A stretch of 64,000 nucleotides of DNA from a phage. Within the stretch, counting starts at the first letter, position 1, and each line of letters opens with the position of its first letter. Positions 27,280-35,592 of this stretch are shown here, one piece after another. The stretch lies in sequence record PZ445488.1, one strand, 5' to 3'. Below the pieces are notes generated by a model. The model saw only the letters and a list, made by a program, of their open reading frames with translations, was not told the origin of the DNA and did not search any database. The position numbers were made by a program, and so were the translations under genes.

Positions 27280-27807
27280 TTATGCGTGAACCGTCTTTAA
27301 ACGTTCTTCAAATTTCCGAAGAGTACTAATACGTTCTGCTTTCTGTTTTGTATAGTTTGCAATACGTTCTGAAGTGAGAGCGTATCGTTCGTTTACTGTT
27401 TCTTTCATGAAGTCAGGGATTTCACGAGAAGCTTTAATTTCATCAAACTTGTCGAGTACTGCCTGGTCTTCAGCGATTAAATTTTCATACATCTCGATAT
27501 CTTTCTTGATAAACTCGATATCTTCCTGAGTTACTTTGGATAAACGAGATGCTTTATCCTTTTTGTACTGCTCGTTAGTTTCACGAGACCAGAATAATGT
27601 ACGTTTTTTGTTAGTGTTTTTGTAGACTTCCACAATTCCAACTGAATCGATGATAACAATCCAATTCCAGCGAGATTTGAAAATCTGACCTCCATCCACG
27701 GTAATCTCGTTACCATAAGCAACGTCATTAAAGAACTTGCTCTGTGCTTCAGATTTAAATTTACCGTCGTTATAATTTACCAGGTTGAAAATATCTTTAG
27801 CGTTCAT
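27280..27807 (-). CDS. hypothetical protein (175 aa)
   Basis: ORF track; ATG at 27807 with GGAGGTAAAAC RBS. Confidence 0.55.
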   Translation of the reverse strand: MNAKDIFNLVNYNDGKFKSEAQSKFFNDVAYGNEITVDGGQIFKSRWNWIVIIDSVGIVEVYKNTNKKRTLFWSRETNEQYKKDKASRLSKVTQEDIEFIKKDIEMYENLIAEDQAVLDKFDEIKASREIPDFMKETVNERYALTSERIANYTKQKAERISTLRKFEERLKTVHA

Positions 27808-27834
27808 GTTTTACCTCCAGTAGTTGATAGGTCT

Positions 27835-27863
27835 ATAATAACATAACCATAGACCTTGTAAAC
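27835..27863 (-). promoter_or_regulatory. early promoter (GTTTAC, 17 bp, TATTAT) inside palindrome AGGTCTAT/ATAGACCT
   Basis: Minus strand reads GTTTACaaggtctatggttatgtTATTATagacctatc. Confidence 0.5.
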
Positions 27864-27865
27864 AA

Positions 27866-28153
27866 CTAAAAGAAACTTTTTTCGGTATTTTTTCCACTGA
27901 ACCAAACAGACTTCGGGATTTTTTGTAATTTTTCAGATTTAAGTTTCTCTTCCTGTTCTTTCTTATATACACTCTTGTCGTACTGGAGCATCTCTATGGC
28001 ATTCTTTTGCAAATGATCTAAGGTAATTAAGGCTTTAGTTTTTCCTTTCAAGGAAGAGTCCTGGCGAACTTCCTCGCTATATTGCATCGTAGAACTAACC
28101 ATACGATGTGCATAGAGTTCGACTGCGGCTTTAATTTTTTGCATAAAATCCAT
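27866..28153 (-). CDS. hypothetical protein (95 aa)
   Basis: ORF track. Confidence 0.45.
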   Translation of the reverse strand: MDFMQKIKAAVELYAHRMVSSTMQYSEEVRQDSSLKGKTKALITLDHLQKNAIEMLQYDKSVYKKEQEEKLKSEKLQKIPKSVWFSGKNTEKSFF

Positions 28154-28290
28154 AACATATCCTCTTTGATTTGTACATCATTATTTTAAATATTTCTATG
28201 CCCTCAGTAGGTTCCTGGTGTCCTTCTTTGAGGTAAGCCATATGATTATTCATCTTTATGGCTTTTGTTACCTCAGGACTTCCTGTAAGC

Positions 28291-29292
28291 TTATTTCAGT
28301 AAAGTTACTTCAGAGATTTCCTCCCAACCATCTTTATCAGTTGAAATAAAATCTGCTACATAAAGAGCCGTACGTAATGATACATTGCGAAGACGAGATA
28401 CGTTAGCCTTCATCCAGGACAATGCTTTGTACGTTTCAGCATCAGTCAAGCCACGTTTCTGCATCATGTCAGTAGATAATATTACATCTTCAACTCGAAC
28501 CATAATCTCTTCATTAGAGTGTACTCCAAGGTCCAAATACACTGAACGAGATACTAAAGCTTGAAGGTGTGGAGCAAGTTTCGAACCGCGTTCTAACTCT
28601 TTATCAATATCAACGTTTGTAATGAAAACGATAGTACCTTCAAACTCAAATTCTTTATCGATACCCTTATCCTCGAGATAAGATGACGCAGTGCTCCAAC
28701 AAACTTTGCGTTTATCTCCGGTATCTAATGCTGCTTTAAGAAGGTTCAGGATGTCCATATCTGAGAATACGTCAACGTCATCGATTAAGAGAACGCTGTC
28801 TTCATCACGGTTGAGCCAAAGTTGTTCGTAAAGGCCAATACCGGAGATTTTACCATTAATGCTTTTGTATTTGATGAAACCATTATCATTAGCATTATTA
28901 AGTGCTTTATCCAGAGAATACGTCTTACCAATACCAGCTGCACCTGAAATAATGAGTGAACGAATTTTGCCATCAATAATGCCATTCGTCATCATGTTCA
29001 TTACTTTAAAGCGTTTGTTGATACGAGTTTTCATATCTTCAGTGCTTTCAACAACTGCAACTGGTGACGTCTCAACTCCTTCCATTACGATGTCTGATTT
29101 GAAGACCCATACTCCACGTTCAGAACCATCAATCATAACGAAAATTTTACCGTCACCTAAGTGGGAACATTCAGGATTAAGCTTTGCCGGGAACCATGTC
29201 TTTGTGGCAACATAAGAACCAGAGATTTCGTTATTACGATAGATACCTTTTTTGATTTGAACGTTGAACATTTTATTCTCCAATTTACTCAT
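28291..29292 (-). CDS. P-loop NTPase (AAA-like ATPase)
   Basis: 333 aa; Walker A GAAGIGKT and Walker B LLIDDVD; ATG at 29292. Confidence 0.6.
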   Translation of the reverse strand: MSKLENKMFNVQIKKGIYRNNEISGSYVATKTWFPAKLNPECSHLGDGKIFVMIDGSERGVWVFKSDIVMEGVETSPVAVVESTEDMKTRINKRFKVMNMMTNGIIDGKIRSLIISGAAGIGKTYSLDKALNNANDNGFIKYKSINGKISGIGLYEQLWLNRDEDSVLLIDDVDVFSDMDILNLLKAALDTGDKRKVCWSTASSYLEDKGIDKEFEFEGTIVFITNVDIDKELERGSKLAPHLQALVSRSVYLDLGVHSNEEIMVRVEDVILSTDMMQKRGLTDAETYKALSWMKANVSRLRNVSLRTALYVADFISTDKDGWEEISEVTLLK

Positions 29293-29309
29293 TTCGTTTC
29301 GATAGGTCT

Positions 29310-29338
29310 ATAGTATCATATCCTAAAAGCATGTACAC
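29310..29338 (-). promoter_or_regulatory. early promoter (GTGTAC, 17 bp, TACTAT) followed by GACCTATC palindrome arm
   Basis: Minus strand reads GTGTACatgcttttaggatatgaTACTATagacctatc. Confidence 0.45.
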
Positions 29339-29367
29339 TACTTTTTAAAAATATTTTAACCCCCTAA

Positions 29368-29385
29368 GGGGACCCGAAGGTCCCC
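29368..29385 (-). terminator. UUCG-tetraloop hairpin GGGGACC-UUCG-GGUCCCC (terminator or stability element)
   Basis: 7-bp GC-rich stem 3' of the 29390..29656 gene; near-identical hairpins at 47276..47291 and 7898..7917. Confidence 0.4.
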
Positions 29386-29389
29386 ACAT

Positions 29390-29656
29390 TTACTTATCAC
29401 ACTTAGCAACATAATTAGGCATATCACAGAATACAGAGCGAGTAACTACTCGTCCCTTTGACCATGCTTCAGTTGCTTGTCCGGCCGTGCTATTAATATA
29501 GCTTGATTTAATGTTCTCAATACCCTGAGAATGTGATGCATTTACCGAACCGTTAGAAGGCGCAGGAGCCGGTGGTAACCAGTCTCCTGCGCCCGTGGTA
29601 GCACCAACAGAGAATGCCATCATTACTGCGAATAAACCAATTACTAATTTTTTCAT
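29390..29656 (-). CDS. small secreted/periplasmic protein (88 aa, signal peptide)
   Basis: MKKLVIGLFAVMMAFSVGATT... signal-peptide-like N-terminus; ATG at 29656; a late promoter motif lies 28 nt upstream. Confidence 0.55.
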   Translation of the reverse strand: MKKLVIGLFAVMMAFSVGATTGAGDWLPPAPAPSNGSVNASHSQGIENIKSSYINSTAGQATEAWSKGRVVTRSVFCDMPNYVAKCDK

Positions 29657-29683
29657 ATTTACCTCAAGTTAATGGTTATTTAT

Positions 29684-30673
29684 CTATTTATAGTAAGAAT
29701 TATGATTTTCGAGATAGACTTGCTCAAGGAAATCATCCCAGAAACTCATATCTACTTTTTGTTGCATACCATTCTTGGCAGCTTGTTCTGACGCATGTTC
29801 AACTTGGTCAACGATATCTTCTAGGAATTCTTGTACAGTTTTAAACGTATGTTTACCAAGCTTAACATCGAGAATAAATGGAGCATCTTGAAGTGGGTAA
29901 ACCAGGTCGCCGGTTTTGTAAATTTCCAATAATTGAAGTCCACCACGACATGCATGACTCAATGCTTTCCAGTCAATACCTTCGTTAGCTTCTGCCTTAC
30001 GAGCACGTTCACCATAGTTCTCTTCCAGTTTAACCAGGATGGCATTGAACTCTTTATTGGTTAACGTGTCTTGGAATTTACGGTCTAACAGATTATAGAA
30101 TGTTTGCTTACCTGTTTTCTCGTTTTCGGTTTCAACCCACGAAGCAAATTCACCTACAGGCAGAACATTCTTCATATGTGATAAACGAATTACTGCACCA
30201 TTATCAAAGTATTGTCCCCATTCATTAGAACGTTTAAGGGCTTGACGAAGAACAGCCAGTCGAGAACCCTTGACACCGTATTTAGAAGCTTGCTTACGGA
30301 CATACCCTAAATAAGATTTCATGTTAGTGGTATAGAAACGAGACCTGTTATCTTGAATATACTTCCATACATCAGGCAAATCAGATTTAACTACTAGACT
30401 TGGTGGAGTGTGAAGCATATCTAATGCGACGGTTTCACCATCCGCAGCTAGTTTAAAGAAATATTTGAGACTATACAACTCATGGTCTACGTCGTCTTTT
30501 GTGTTCTTAGAAGATGTGTTATTCGTGTTCTTGCTCATGTGTTCTTTAACGTTACCGGTCAAGATATCACGAGCATGAGGGACATAAATTTCTTTAAAAT
30601 CGACGTCAGATTCAGGAGTAGACGTTCCATAAAGGTGGCTACCAAAGTAGCTTTTCATAATTGTTTTCATCAT
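29684..30673 (-). CDS. predicted nucleotidyltransferase (Pol-beta superfamily GS...DxD motif)
   Basis: 329 aa; N-terminal YFGSHLYGTSTPESDVDF fits the minimal nucleotidyltransferase signature. Confidence 0.5.
   Translation of the reverse strand: MMKTIMKSYFGSHLYGTSTPESDVDFKEIYVPHARDILTGNVKEHMSKNTNNTSSKNTKDDVDHELYSLKYFFKLAADGETVALDMLHTPPSLVVKSDLPDVWKYIQDNRSRFYTTNMKSYLGYVRKQASKYGVKGSRLAVLRQALKRSNEWGQYFDNGAVIRLSHMKNVLPVGEFASWVETENEKTGKQTFYNLLDRKFQDTLTNKEFNAILVKLEENYGERARKAEANEGIDWKALSHACRGGLQLLEIYKTGDLVYPLQDAPFILDVKLGKHTFKTVQEFLEDIVDQVEHASEQAAKNGMQQKVDMSFWDDFLEQVYLENHNSYYK
29685..29692 (-). promoter_or_regulatory. late promoter motif TATAAATA (minus strand)
   Basis: Exact T4 late-promoter octamer 28 nt upstream of the 29656 ATG, overlapping the end of the upstream gene. 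Confidence 0.45.
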
Positions 30674-31143
30674 TTAGCCTTATATTCAAGAGTAGGACAG
30701 ACTTTTTCTTTACGAGCTTTAAGGTATTCACCTATTAATGATTTCTTACGTTCAATAGGCTCAAGTCCATTTTTAATTCGTTCTTGGTTTTGCGCAATGA
30801 GCTCAATTTCTTTATAATATTTTCTGTCGTTATATTTGTCTAACAACCAAGACGGACCAATTACCAACCCGGTAGCAATAAAAGCCATGACTGCTACAAT
30901 TAAAATGCCTACACCAATTGAGGCTGGAACTAATGTCCATAGACTGCTAAAAACAAAGAATTTAGTTAAAATTTCCTGGCCAATGATTGTGACTGCTGCT
31001 AAAATCGCAAATCCAATAATTGAAACAGCCAATACCGGGATTAACGTTTTCCAAAAATAAGCACATAATGTTTTCGGACGATTCCACGTACTATTGAACG
31101 CGGCATAAATTTTAAAGTGCCAAGAGTTTTCATTGATAATCAT
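30670..31143 (-). CDS. integral membrane protein (157 aa)
   Basis: ORF track; several hydrophobic segments. Confidence 0.5.
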   Translation of the reverse strand: MIINENSWHFKIYAAFNSTWNRPKTLCAYFWKTLIPVLAVSIIGFAILAAVTIIGQEILTKFFVFSSLWTLVPASIGVGILIVAVMAFIATGLVIGPSWLLDKYNDRKYYKEIELIAQNQERIKNGLEPIERKKSLIGEYLKARKEKVCPTLEYKAK

Positions 31144-31152
31144 AATAATTCC

Positions 31153-31683
31153 TTATTTCAAAGTCGGGATAATAGAATCGAGATAAGCTTTAAGAGCAAC
31201 TGCTTCATCTTTGTCTAATGTAACGATATGTTGACGAAGGTCATCAATTTGGCGAATAACTACGACATCACCGTCTTCATAAGAAGGATTAACGCCTAGG
31301 ACCGTTGTATAGTCAGGGCGGTCCTGATTTGTAATAAAAGCATTACGGCATTTAGCCCATTGAAGTTTGGCTTTTTTGACTGTTTCAGATTCCATGAATT
31401 CTTTCACCTTAGTGACAAATGTTTTCCAATTATTAATAGAAAAACATTTGTCTTCAGTTTCGATATTAACCCCACTATAAAGTCCGTGATAAAAACGAAC
31501 TTGAAGGTCTTCATCAATGTTAATTACAGATGCATGGCCGGGTGGATTGAGTTTCAAAATCTTGTCCAGTTCCATAGGAAGAATAGTAACAGCATCATCT
31601 TCTTGTGTCAGAACGTAAGCATAACCACGTTTTTCGATACATAAATCACCAAACAACTCGGTTGTTTCAATTACAATTTTCAT
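31153..31683 (-). CDS. hypothetical protein
   Basis: ORF track frame from ATG 31683 (MKIVIETT...); the track start 31695 is TTG. Confidence 0.55.
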   Translation of the reverse strand: MKIVIETTELFGDLCIEKRGYAYVLTQEDDAVTILPMELDKILKLNPPGHASVINIDEDLQVRFYHGLYSGVNIETEDKCFSINNWKTFVTKVKEFMESETVKKAKLQWAKCRNAFITNQDRPDYTTVLGVNPSYEDGDVVVIRQIDDLRQHIVTLDKDEAVALKAYLDSIIPTLK

Positions 31684-31684
31684 A

Positions 31685-31864
31685 TTATTCACCAATTAAA
31701 GTTTCAACAAAATTCACCAAAGCATTCTGGCACGCATCAACCTGATTTTCATAAAAGTCTCCGTTATCATTTACCGCGTGATAAGCTACATCATTCAAAT
31801 CTGAATCGGCTTCACGTAGGTCACGGATAAGGCCCATCAATTTATTAGCTTGTTCACGGGTCAT
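31685..31864 (-). CDS. small protein (59 aa), paralog of the 32243..32422 product
   Basis: Hand-translated MTREQANKLMGLIRDLREADSDLNDVAYHAV...; shares its N-terminal pattern with MTRKEKISKLMFLIEEYANS...; below the ORF-track cutoff. Confidence 0.4.
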   Translation of the reverse strand: MTREQANKLMGLIRDLREADSDLNDVAYHAVNDNGDFYENQVDACQNALVNFVETLIGE

Positions 31865-31999
31865 TTTACCATACTCGTTTCAATAAGATTCACTATGCCG
31901 TTTACCATGTTATAAGTAAACATCGGATAATTGTATTGTACTACAACATAAGCGATAAGCAAAAGTTTCATTTTGTTCTCCGTTCATTTTGGTAGGACT

Positions 32000-32029
32000 A
32001 CTATAACATAATCCTACCAAGATGTAAAC
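32000..32029 (-). promoter_or_regulatory. early promoter (GTTTAC, 18 bp, TATAGT) inside palindrome GGTAGGA/TCCTACC
   Basis: Minus strand reads GTTTACatcttggtaggattatgtTATAGTagtcctacc. Confidence 0.45.
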
Positions 32030-32235
32030 TACCGATTGTGTTTTAAATGTTGATAAAGTTCTTCAACTTGTTTTGGGTCCAAAACAATTAGATCATTTTC
32101 TTGACGAAGATAAATCCATCCCTTATCCCCAGGGCCATTTTTACAAAACATCACCACCATATCATCATCTTCAGCGCTTTCAGGTAAAAGTTCAAGTACA
32201 CCGTCTTCAGATTTTCCAGTATAATCGTAAAGCAT
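32029..32235 (-). CDS. hypothetical acidic protein (68 aa)
   Basis: ORF track frame started at ATG 32235 (GAGGA 6 nt upstream). Confidence 0.45.
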   Translation of the reverse strand: MLYDYTGKSEDGVLELLPESAEDDDMVVMFCKNGPGDKGWIYLRQENDLIVLDPKQVEELYQHLKHNR

Positions 32236-32242
32236 AATGTCC

Positions 32243-32422
32243 TCACATAATCTCGTTAACATACATTTGCAATTCGGTGTGGGCGTCGGCCATCTTTTTC
32301 ATAGCTCTGTTAATGTCGATGTCTCCATCTTCGCAACCATGAGCATTTTCCCAATCGGATACAGAATTAGCATACTCTTCAATCAAAAACATCAACTTAG
32401 AAATCTTTTCTTTACGTGTCAT
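32243..32422 (-). CDS. small protein (59 aa)
   Basis: ORF track frame started at ATG 32422 (AGAGGAGAA RBS); the track start lies inside the promoter element. Confidence 0.45.
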   Translation of the reverse strand: MTRKEKISKLMFLIEEYANSVSDWENAHGCEDGDIDINRAMKKMADAHTELQMYVNEIM

Positions 32423-32449
32423 AACGTTCTCCTCTAGTAAGTAAGGACT

Positions 32450-32478
32450 ACTATAACACAACCTGAGGAGAAGTAAAC
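32450..32478 (-). promoter_or_regulatory. early promoter (GTTTAC, 17 bp, TATAGT)
   Basis: Minus strand reads GTTTACttctcctcaggttgtgtTATAGTagtcc. Confidence 0.45.
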
Positions 32479-32489
32479 TGATAGATGCC

Positions 32490-32516
32490 AAAAAGCCCCA
32501 ACCATAAGGAAGGGGC
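32490..32516 (-). terminator. rho-independent terminator (GCCCC-UUCCUUAUGGUU-GGGGC + U5)
   Basis: 3' of rI; its stem is nearly identical to the terminator at 47968..47995. Confidence 0.6.
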
Positions 32517-32523
32517 TAGTAAA

Positions 32524-32826
32524 TTAGATAGATGTAGGCTCTAATTTTATTTTCATGAACTCAGCAAATTGTCTGGCAGTTTTTATGCCTTGTTCATGAC
32601 ATTCAAATGCATCATCACAGGGGCTATTTTTGTAATGCTTTGCCATATACTTATAGAATTTTTCAGAATTCTCGACATTTTGAATTTCAAACAAAGTATA
32701 TACGTTTTTAATCCCTGATTCCATAAAGTTATCAAAATATGGGTCAATATGTGCAGTACCAACGATAGGAGTTGTTGCTGCAAAAAACCCCAGCATCGCT
32801 ATGACAGCTATCGCTCTTAAGGCCAT
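32524..32826 (-). CDS. rI: lysis-inhibition regulator RI (antiholin)
   Basis: MALRAIAVIAMLGFFAATTP...DPYFDNFMESGIKNVYTLFE resembles T4 RI (signal-anchor plus periplasmic domain); lies next to tk as in T4. Confidence 0.85.
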   Translation of the reverse strand: MALRAIAVIAMLGFFAATTPIVGTAHIDPYFDNFMESGIKNVYTLFEIQNVENSEKFYKYMAKHYKNSPCDDAFECHEQGIKTARQFAEFMKIKLEPTSI

Positions 32827-32838
32827 ATAGGCCTCCTG

Positions 32839-33051
32839 TTAATTTTGGCCAGTATTTATTTTTCGCCTTTGGACGGCCTTAACATCTGCGAGGTATTTTT
32901 CCAGCTTGCGCTTGCGTGTATAATCAGCTTTAGAACCGGTTTGACGGATATCCTCGTTTAAATGAGAAATAGAATGTCCTAATTCTCTTCGGATTTCGTC
33001 CAATTGGGTTACAGTAAGATTACGAAGTTGTCTTTCGTTTAATTGCTGCAT
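32839..33051 (-). CDS. hypothetical protein (70 aa)
   Basis: ORF track; ATG 33051 with AAGAGG RBS. Confidence 0.5.
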   Translation of the reverse strand: MQQLNERQLRNLTVTQLDEIRRELGHSISHLNEDIRQTGSKADYTRKRKLEKYLADVKAVQRRKINTGQN

Positions 33052-33075
33052 ATATACCTCTTGGTTAGATATTAG

Positions 33076-33083
33076 TATTTATA
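33076..33083 (-). promoter_or_regulatory. late promoter motif TATAAATA (minus strand)
   Basis: Exact octamer 25 nt upstream of the 33051 ATG, overlapping the tk stop. Confidence 0.4.
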
Positions 33084-33660
33084 ACAACCCTGTCAAATCA
33101 TTCCAATGCTTCCGGCATAATGACACGTATCTATCGGTATCACCAATTTCAATTTGACTGCCATCTGTAATTGGAAGTCCGTCTTCCGTGACTCTAGCTA
33201 CCATTGTGGCCTTTTTACCGCAATGACAGACACCTTTAAGTTCAACAAGCTTATCGGCAATAGCCATTAATGCTTGAGAACCTTCAAATAGATTACCTTT
33301 AAAATCTGTTCGTAGTCCATATGCCATTACTGGCACATTGTATACGTCAACAATACGACTAAGTTGATACACCTTTTCAGTAGTTAAGAACTGAGCTTCG
33401 TCAACAAATACACAGTGAATATCCTTTTGTGCTGCAGCCCATTTATAGAATTCAAAGATATCCATGTCTTTTGTAATTATATTGGCATCCTGACGAATAC
33501 CAATACGAGAGACTATTTCACCTTTTGAATCACGAGTATCAATAGCCGGTTTAAGAACTAATACACCCATGCCACGTTCTTTATAGTTATGTGCGGCAGT
33601 AAGTAATGAAGCAGACTTACCAGCGTTCATAGCGGCATAGGTAAAAATTAAACTAGCCAT
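33079..33660 (-). CDS. tk: thymidine kinase
   Basis: 193 aa; P-loop AAMNAGKS and zinc-ribbon cysteines (CHCGKKA...CRKHW). Confidence 0.93.
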   Translation of the reverse strand: MASLIFTYAAMNAGKSASLLTAAHNYKERGMGVLVLKPAIDTRDSKGEIVSRIGIRQDANIITKDMDIFEFYKWAAAQKDIHCVFVDEAQFLTTEKVYQLSRIVDVYNVPVMAYGLRTDFKGNLFEGSQALMAIADKLVELKGVCHCGKKATMVARVTEDGLPITDGSQIEIGDTDRYVSLCRKHWNDLTGLL

Positions 33661-33850
33661 AAGAGTCCTTAGTTAAATTTTCTAAATATGTTTCTAAATC
33701 ATTTTCAGCTTTATTGATAGATTTTACTAATTCGTAATATGTTTCGGCATCTCCATATTCAGAAGATATTTCAAAAGACAAATCCTTTTCTAAACTAATA
33801 ATTTCACCAACTAAAAATAATATTTCGTTCTTTTGTTCGCGAGTAATCAT
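33653..33850 (-). CDS. small acidic protein (65 aa)
   Basis: ORF track; paralog-like to the adjacent 63-aa ORF. Confidence 0.45.
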   Translation of the reverse strand: MITREQKNEILFLVGEIISLEKDLSFEISSEYGDAETYYELVKSINKAENDLETYLENLTKDSYG

Positions 33851-34038
33851 AAGGAATTTATATAATTAATAAGTTCTTGTTCTTTATTATCGAATTCTTT
33901 AGAAAGTTCTTCGTACTCGTTTTCACTAAAAGGACCGCATTCATTACAAACTTTTTCCAATTCACTATTTTTATCCATAACTTCGTGGATAAGAGAAAAG
34001 AGTTTGTCTTTTTGTTCTTTACTTAAACTCATAACCAT
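33847..34038 (-). CDS. small acidic protein (63 aa)
   Basis: ORF track. Confidence 0.45.
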   Translation of the reverse strand: MVMSLSKEQKDKLFSLIHEVMDKNSELEKVCNECGPFSENEYEELSKEFDNKEQELINYINSL

Positions 34039-34256
34039 GTCACCTTTAAGCAGTATTCTTCTACATGCTGTTTACGACCTTTCTTATCAATAAAGGTATA
34101 TTCAACGAATGTTCCGATGTAGTCTTTATCTACATCATGTGGACTATTAATTGGACATTTGGTACGACAAATGCGTTCCCATTGACGAATAATTACTGCC
34201 TTATTCTTTGGGTCATATGGATGCGGATAATGTATATTCATAATAATGGTTCCCAA
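34029..34256 (-). CDS. hypothetical protein (75 aa)
   Basis: ORF track. Confidence 0.45.
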   Translation of the reverse strand: MGTIIMNIHYPHPYDPKNKAVIIRQWERICRTKCPINSPHDVDKDYIGTFVEYTFIDKKGRKQHVEEYCLKVTWL

Positions 34257-34705
34257 TCAACAATCACAATTTCTAGTTTAGTGGAATACGTATCTAAAAT
34301 CTCTTCGATGACATCCCAGTTTCCACCACCTATACCTGCACCAATTCTTGGCATATAAATTACAGGCTTTGCTATCTTATTCTTTCCGAATTTATTTAAT
34401 TCTATTATACAATTCATTAAAGCAGAGTACTCAAAATTAGGTCCCGGCTCAAACTGCGTATAAAGATTAAAGCAATAAGCTTTATGGGTCTTGAAATATT
34501 TTTCATAAACCGAATAGGAACCGAGTTTAGTCTCATCGCCGAATTCGGTTTGGAGCTTATCGGCTTCTAAAATCTTTGGAAAGGCCTTCGCTAATTGCCC
34601 GGCTACTCCTGCGCCCATTGTATGGAAACAGTTACAACCATGAGCAACATTTTTACCTTCAGAAAACAGGGCGACAATATCGCCCTTGATATAGTTTTTA
34701 ATCAC
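34238..34705 (-). CDS. macro-domain protein (ADP-ribose binding / hydrolase family)
   Basis: 155 aa; VAHGCNCFHTMGAGVAGQLAKAFP and GAGIGGG blocks typical of macro domains; the start is GTG per the ORF track. Confidence 0.6.
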   Translation of the reverse strand: MIKNYIKGDIVALFSEGKNVAHGCNCFHTMGAGVAGQLAKAFPKILEADKLQTEFGDETKLGSYSVYEKYFKTHKAYCFNLYTQFEPGPNFEYSALMNCIIELNKFGKNKIAKPVIYMPRIGAGIGGGNWDVIEEILDTYSTKLEIVIVDWEPLL

Positions 34706-35045
34706 TTGCTACAAGTCCTCTAGTATAAGAGTCAACTAGACGGTCCACCATAGAATTGCATGCTGCCTTATCTTTAGGTTCCGCCACCGAGCATTCTAAT
34801 ATTTGCCATTTTTTATAGTATCTTTTAATTAAGGTAGATGCCTTGAACCTACTAGACGCCCCATCTTTTTCTCCGTCTTTATACGCATATAACAATTTTT
34901 GTGAAAAATCTACTTTACACTCTTGACTTTTACCACAATAATCAGACGCCGTTCTGTTTGTATACTCCGTTACATCAGTATATGTAGTATTAGCAAGAGC
35001 GTTAAATGAAACCAAGCTAACTATTAAAGCCAACATTTTGGTCAT
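34698..35045 (-). CDS. secreted/periplasmic protein (115 aa, signal peptide)
   Basis: MTKMLALIVSLVSFNALA signal-peptide-like N-terminus. Confidence 0.5.
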   Translation of the reverse strand: MTKMLALIVSLVSFNALANTTYTDVTEYTNRTASDYCGKSQECKVDFSQKLLYAYKDGEKDGASSRFKASTLIKRYYKKWQILECSVAEPKDKAACNSMVDRLVDSYTRGLVASD

Positions 35046-35584
35046 TCTTTTATTTCCAGTAGTTTATTTGATTTAAGGTAATTAGCCTTTTCTAGGACTT
35101 CAGAAGCATATTTACTTCCAGCACTTGTCTTCCATCCCGCATTATATGAGGATATAGCTTTTCTTATATCCCCGTTATGTATATTTAACCAATAAGAAAA
35201 TTCGATATAAGCCCATCTTGCTGAATTAGACCGCTTAGATAGCATTTTCTTAATTTGGGCATCAGTCATATTATAACCAAGCTGGTTAATTCTTGCCCTC
35301 ATTGTTGGTAGATAGTTTTGGAACATTCCATACGCATGGTGACCTTTCTTATCTTTAAGATTAATACCTGCGGATGATTCTTGCCATAGTATTGCGGCCA
35401 TTATGTATCCAAGTCCTTTCTTATGCATATTTTCATGCGTTTTAAATTTTCCGTCCTTAGAAAACTGTTCCCCAAACTGATAAGCATAATTCAAGTTATC
35501 GAGTTGGACATTACTAAAAGTATGCTCGGAGCTATGTGCTGATAACGAAAGAGCAAATAGACCAGCGAGTAGTGCTTTTCTCAT
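35042..35584 (-). CDS. periplasmic lytic transglycosylase (SLT domain)
   Basis: Signal peptide MRKALLAGLFALSLSA; SLT motifs AAILWQESSAG, AYGMFQ and YNAG. Confidence 0.65.
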   Translation of the reverse strand: MRKALLAGLFALSLSAHSSEHTFSNVQLDNLNYAYQFGEQFSKDGKFKTHENMHKKGLGYIMAAILWQESSAGINLKDKKGHHAYGMFQNYLPTMRARINQLGYNMTDAQIKKMLSKRSNSARWAYIEFSYWLNIHNGDIRKAISSYNAGWKTSAGSKYASEVLEKANYLKSNKLLEIKE

Positions 35585-35592
35585 GTTTACCT

